Assembly (NCBI GenBank): GCA_051294905.1
Contig: CM119378.1
Span: 9,672,001-9,736,000, forward strand
Source of the DNA: Botryllus schlosseri
Lineage: Eukaryota
Reading direction: 5' to 3'
DNA length: 64,000 bases
Position numbers and translations under genes: made by a program. The notes under the pieces are model-generated. The model had not been told where the DNA came from. It made no database searches and saw nothing but the letters and a program-made list of their open reading frames with translations. Of this stretch, positions 59,404-64,000 are shown in pieces; position 1 is the stretch's first letter; each line of letters begins with the position of its first letter.

Positions 59404-59983
59404 CAGTGCGACTATAGAATATAAACATAGAATGGCAACAACCGATTTTGCAGCTTCGTACCGCTACGCTGAGGCTGTATTCAGAATTGTTTTTGCGTAA
59501 GCGACTGTAGGATTTCTGGCAATTCAAAAGTTATCTTCCAGAGCGCAGAATTTACCGAATATGGTCTTGATCGAAAGCTACTGTTGAATTGATTCCGAAA
59601 ATATAAATTAAAATATGTTCAGGCTCCAGACTTTGAAGAAAAATCGCCCTCACCATCTGAAATGTGCATCGTTCTGAACAATCGGATAGCAGCAAAACAA
59701 TGACCTGTTGCGGCTCTCCGATTGTTCAGACTTGGAGGGCGGATTCTAGGTGGATCAGTGCCTGATCATATTTAAATTTATATTTTCGAAATCGGAGCGA
59801 CAGTAGCTTTCGATCAAGACCAGATTCAGTAAATTCTGCGCTCTGAAAGATAACTTTTGGATTGCCAGAATTCCTACAGTCGCTTACACAAAAACAATTC
59901 CGAATACAGCCTCAGCGAAGCGGAATGAAGCTGCAAAATCGGTCGTTGCCATTCCATGTTTACGCTCTATAGTGCGACACTAG
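59404..59983. repeat. ~580-bp near-palindromic foldback
   Basis: Arms 59404-59624 and 59760-59983 are reverse complements; inner perfect 13-bp stem 59674-59686 / 59717-59729. Confidence 0.88.
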
Positions 59984-61077
59984 CTTTCGATTGGGACCAG
60001 TTTGTCCAGGCTTTCGATTGGGACCAGTCACAGGACTACCAGTTACGCTGCTTTTAGCCGGCTGTGTACACAGTGCAGTGTGCACTGTACGTTAGGGCTG
60101 CTAAAAAATAACCCTTTTTTCCAGATTCCAGCCATTCACTGATTATTTTGTCAGGTTACCCTAAAAAACGCTGGATACCACATTTGTTTCAATTCTAACA
60201 AGTGACTCCGCAGATCCAATTTAAAGTTTTAATTTATTGGGGAAAATTGGAAAAGAAATTCAAATTTTTCTGTCAAACCCATGAAATTGTTGAGCTGTCT
60301 TCAAAGTCTATGCAAAAAATTTGACTCAATTTCAACTGGTAGAACCGGAGTTATTTGAGTTTTTCGTTGATAATTCTCGGATTACCATCAATCAACGATA
60401 ATGAAATGGCGGGGGGATTCCGTTATGGTAGCTCGACGTCCAGGACAATGCCAAAATATAGTAAACAACATTACTGTTCGGTAGCAGATATCCGTGAAGT
60501 ACTAGCAGATTCTCAATATATCTATGCCCATGACGTATTGCATGTTCTGACACAGCTTGTTTCTCTTACACTCAACGCAGTTTAGTACCATGTTTCTAAG
60601 TTTCGGACATCGTGTCTATACTCTGTCTGCGATGGCACCCCGGACATCATGTCTGGTTATGTTCGAACCAGTGTTGCAAACAAGTCACTACCGTTGTTGT
60701 TATTATTTTAATATTCATGTGGTGTTTTAACTACATTACTCATTTAATACTTGGCCGCTATTCCTTATAATAATTCAATATCTGCCGATTTGTCGCACGG
60801 TCCACTTCTGTCGTTACCTGATGGAGTTACCTGAAAAAAACGGGTAGCCTAACAAAAATTTATATTTTTCTTACTCCACTCCTCCCGAAAGAATCGTTGC
60901 CACGCATAATCGGTTGGCGCTGAACTTTTTCCAGATTTCGCGTCTATTTTGGCATTTTTCCGTGTACAATCGCCTGGCTCTCAATCGAGGACGAATTGCC
61001 AAAAAGCAGGACATTTGGGCGTCCTCGGAGGATATTTGGGATTTCCGTTACTCTAAAAGGGGCATTATGTTCTAAAT

Positions 61078-61725
61078 CACTGGTTCCAACCGGAGGCATT
61101 TTGAGATTGTTAGGGGAGAATCTGGCTTTAGGGTTGTATCGGACGATACACTGGGTTCACTAGGTTTTCAGATTTTTATGATAGAACTGTTAAGCTTGAA
61201 ACTAGTTCTTTACAATTGCATTATGTTTCTTTGGCGGATTTTAAGCTAGAAGTATGTTTAAATGTCTTCCGTAGATATTAGTCTCCCTGATAATGTGAGG
61301 CTCACGAGACGATTTCGTTCAGATTGCTACAGAGCAGGAAAAAGTCAAGCCGAATGCAGCAAAAGGATGCTTGTGAAAATTTCTACCTTTGTAAGCCAGC
61401 ATATGAGCTAACGTGAAAAACATACCAAATTTATCGATTCAACTCAAGGTCATAGCAAGCGGACTTGGTGATTTATTTTTCGTCAGTGGCTACCCGACCG
61501 GTAATATACAGGTCAAATTTAGCTGTACTTTATCAAGTGTAGTACGGTATGCATTCGACATAGTTCGGACATATCTGAATATGTTTGGCGATATATTGCT
61601 CAGTCAACAAATAATTGTGCGTTAAAAAGCACCTTTTTTTAGTCACAGGTAACTCTGTCAGGGGGGAAATTTAGCTCAAATATCGGACAAGGGGTCCACA
61701 AGGCGAAAAAGGTTGGGCACCACTT
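61078..61725. mobile_element. hAT MITE related to 13636-15186
   Basis: Degenerate TIRs CACTGGTTCCAACC..GGTTGGGCACCACTT; TSD TTCTAAAT/CTCTAAAT; shared right-end sequence. Confidence 0.75.
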
Positions 61726-61844
61726 CTCTAAATATATGACGTGGTCTCAAATTAGACATAGAAGCAACAATTTTCCACACAAAGCCAACGTATTGAAACT
61801 CTGGGCAAAATATTTGCACCAGTGTTACTTTCTATACTATAGCT

Positions 61845-63209
61845 CAGTGCTTTTCAACCTGTGTGACGGTTCGCACTGGTGCGAATGAAAAAAATTGCAG
61901 TGCGAATGACGAAGGTGGTGCGAATGGGGCGAATGAAAATCGTGAATGAGTGCGAATGAAAATCGTGACTAATTGTTAATTTTTCTGACGTGGAAAAACT
62001 CAAATAAATCTTATAGGAACTTCAAGCGCACTGTAACTTTTGTAGTTGCGATGCAATTGTAAAAACTTGTTTAACCTACGACGCACCACTAATCGTAGCT
62101 ATATCACAAGTCGTATTTAATTAATATTTTCGCACTAAAATTATTACGTAACCAAATACCTGGTTTGGTAGCTGCGGGCAGTGGGCATACAATAATATTA
62201 CAGTCAGTATATCAGTCCGCCTGAGCCTGCGCCAGGCTGAAAAAATGACGTCAAATTGACTTTCTGCCTTCTTTCTCTAAACAATCAACATATATTAGTA
62301 ATAACTGTTTGATTAGTGCGAAACACGAGCATATAAGCAGTAAATACCATCATTACACAAAACTCACATTTGCAAGTTACTGTAACGCAATTTTTTCCCT
62401 CCAAGGGTTAATAAAGTATGAACCGCAAAGGGTATAATTTTGGGTCGACACGGTGCCTGAGTTATCTGTTAATATGTATGTATTATTTGTTGAATTTATT
62501 CCAAATAATCCTGTGATAGTTTTTACATATCCAGGGTCACTGCGTTGGGTAATATAGCCAATAACCGAGACGCCCAGAAATACTGCTTGATCGTGAGAAT
62601 TCATGATAAGATTTGTCCGAATGTTTTTTTTTCTGGAAAACATGGTAGAAGACCATTGGGATGAACTAGTGTAGGGGTGGGCAACGAGCAAGTTCAGGCC
62701 TCTCTCATTCATTTTGAGGTCAACCCCTTCTGCGTCGGGGCACATGAAGACGTAAAGTTTTGGCCAACAAATCGCTGATAAAATGCGGTGCCAAAAACAT
62801 AAGCGGCGACAAAACCGTGGCCATAAAATGACCTTTCGATATGGATATGCTCCGTTGTCGGCTCGGAATAGTTCCGTACTTGCAGTCTGCGACACGCAAA
62901 GGAATTTGGTTCACCCTAATTTGAAATCCCGAGCGCCGACATGTCTTGTAGAGCTGTGTTGGGTAGATTTGGATTGTTCCGAGAAGGGTTAGTGAAATGG
63001 TTGAAATCGAAACGAGCGAAAAAGGTTTCCTTTCTAGTGAGTCACTCGGTAGCTGAAGCTACATAGTAGCCAATTTGTTGTAGATCTGAACAAAATGTTG
63101 TAAAGTATCTTCATCTTCTTTTGTATAACAATTTTCGGTTTGTTTGTGCGATTGAAATTTATTTTACAAAAAAAGTGCGAATAGAGCTCAAAAAGGTTGA
63201 AAAGCACTG
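61845..63209. mobile_element. hAT-type TGCGAATG-rich element containing an unidentified reading frame
   Basis: TIR CAGTGCTTTTCAACC..GGTTGAAAAGCACTG; perfect TSD CTATAGCT. Confidence 0.88.
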
Positions 63210-64000
63210 CTATAGCTTATCTTTTAGATTTGATAACCATTTGAAAAATTTCTGGTACGCATTACTTTCTCGACGCGAGGAGGGAATTCTAGACAGTTCT
63301 CAGCTGATATATGAAGGATATGTGCCGTATTACCACTATGGTTTACGTTCGGTAAGCAGGCGTGCGGTGCATGCGCTCAACGGCGACTTAACAGCGACCA
63401 CTGAAAAAGGGTTGGTCGGTACCCGTAGCCAGCTTCACACAAAAATATAGCTATAGCTGAACATCGTCCGTTTAGCACCAGTACCGTACGGCGTACGATT
63501 TACTGTAATTAAACCGCTAGTGTAGGACACATCAACAAACTCCCTCTAGTCCGACACCGACATGTTTCTTCAATATTGAATCCGGTTTCGGACCGCCAAT
63601 ATCCGTCCATCTGGCTAAATCATGTACACTAGGCTACTCCCTATAGCAGCGGTTCTCAAACTATTTTAGACACGCCCCTTTATGATCATGAAATATTTCG
63701 CGCGCCCCTTATAGTCATATCACAAAATGTCTGGCCTGTCAGGCTTGTGTTTGACAGCCCTGCTATACAGTTAGGTCGGTGCTGCTATCTGTTTATGTGT
63801 TTTAATCAGGTCCGAAACAATATTTTTCTCCCCCTTTCCTCCCAAAAAGCACTGATCTTCGGCCCACCATAGGGTAGTCGATGTAACTTGTTGGGCACTT
63901 ACTATATGCATTTGGCTGTTAAATTCTATGTATGAATTCTGTCAATAATATTGATTCTTCGGTATATTAGACTACTATAAAATGCACCAGCAGGTTGCAC

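Overview
AT-rich eukaryotic genomic DNA, probably an ascidian/tunicate (inferred from the synaptotagmin and myosin sequences and the 58-67 nt minimal introns). Three spliced protein-coding genes can be rebuilt by hand with GT-AG boundaries and consistent phases. (1) The 5' part of a striated-muscle myosin heavy chain (MYH7B-like, minus strand, 46-3958, continuing off the window). (2) A complete 9-exon synaptotagmin-1 (plus strand, 27661-36035, 406 aa). (3) A complete type-2 malate/L-lactate dehydrogenase (Ldh_2; AllD/ComC/YjmC family) gene (minus strand, 38899-50077, 355 aa). The standout is in gene 3: exon 5, which carries the GTNP and DMAT active-site motifs, is present as three intact, divergent 170-nt copies, and only one-at-a-time inclusion keeps the frame. 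One upstream intronic segment is complementary to three downstream intronic segments, resembling a Dscam-type docking/selector system, and there may be a decayed fourth copy. Roughly 25 kb of the window (hand estimate) is transposon-derived: mostly non-autonomous hAT-type elements with 8-bp TSDs nested up to four deep, plus two transposase remnants, two tRNA-headed SINE families, a LINE-tail element, a TA-flanked pogo-like MITE and two long foldbacks. Everything was read by eye; no searches, alignments or folding programs were run.
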